Shown here one piece after another: positions 63,898 to 64,000 of a stretch of DNA of 64,000 nt. The notes under the pieces were generated by a model. That model did no database searches. It was not told the DNA's origin and saw only the letters and a program-made list of their open reading frames with translations. The position numbers and the translations under genes are program-made. The DNA is from a virus (lineage: Duplodnaviria; Caudoviricetes). Location of the stretch: the IMG/VR virus record IMGVR_UViG_3300033171_000001, positions 21,260 through 85,259 of that record. One strand, written 5' to 3'. Each line of letters begins with the position of its first letter. Within the stretch, counting starts at the first letter, position 1.

Positions 63898-64000
63898 CTT
63901 TTTTCTTTCCTGTCTCCAAATCAGAGAATCGAGAGATATATGCGTCTAAACAGAACTGCCCGTGATCAAGTAATTGCGTGATATAAACGAATTCTTTAGT

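Noticed and set aside
1-64000. Genome-wide TAG stop-codon reassignment
   Set aside because: Many genes (phoH, tail tube, TMP, gpG and others) end normally at TAG, long ORFs are intact in the standard code, and there is no suppressor tRNA.
1-64000. Prophage/lysogeny module
   Set aside because: No integrase, repressor pair or host flanking genes were recognised, but the genome continues beyond the window (helicase/primase are also missing), so lifestyle cannot be called.

Overview
This is a 64 kb segment of an AT-rich tailed dsDNA phage genome, most likely a siphovirus of a Gram-negative host (it has a Rz/Rz1-like spanin pair and a lambda-like M/L/K/I-J tail tip). Two transcription blocks converge on a bidirectional terminator at about 35.2 kb. 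The + strand (1-35.2 kb) carries a non-coding repeat-rich left end, three orphan DNA methyltransferases, terminase, PIN-PhoH, portal, protease, decoration protein, capsid, neck, tail, tail fibre and a lysis cassette that ends in a Cys-rich PAS-domain protein. The - strand (64 to 35.3 kb) carries replication, recombination and nucleotide metabolism genes: RNA ligase, putative clamp, clamp loader, UDG-PolA fusion, UvsY-like, SSB, RecA, RuvC-like, a ligase homologue lacking the catalytic lysine, split SbcC with SbcD, a Dam-like methyltransferase, RdgC, dUTPase, intein-containing class II RNR and ThyX. The most notable observations are: (i) four paralogous multi-zinc-finger HNH endonuclease genes with 7/4/4/0 copies of a 45-bp (15-aa) linker repeat, in different states of decay, two of which share a 3' end that includes the ribosome-binding site of the next gene; (ii) a stand-alone PAS sensor-like protein in the lysis cassette; (iii) a roughly 137-nt tRNA-like structured RNA candidate ending in CCA; (iv) a structured leader with a possible anti-SD upstream of nrdJ. 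No integrase, helicase, primase, reverse transcriptase or CRISPR array was recognised in the window. All product calls come from visual motif recognition and synteny; no database search was run.
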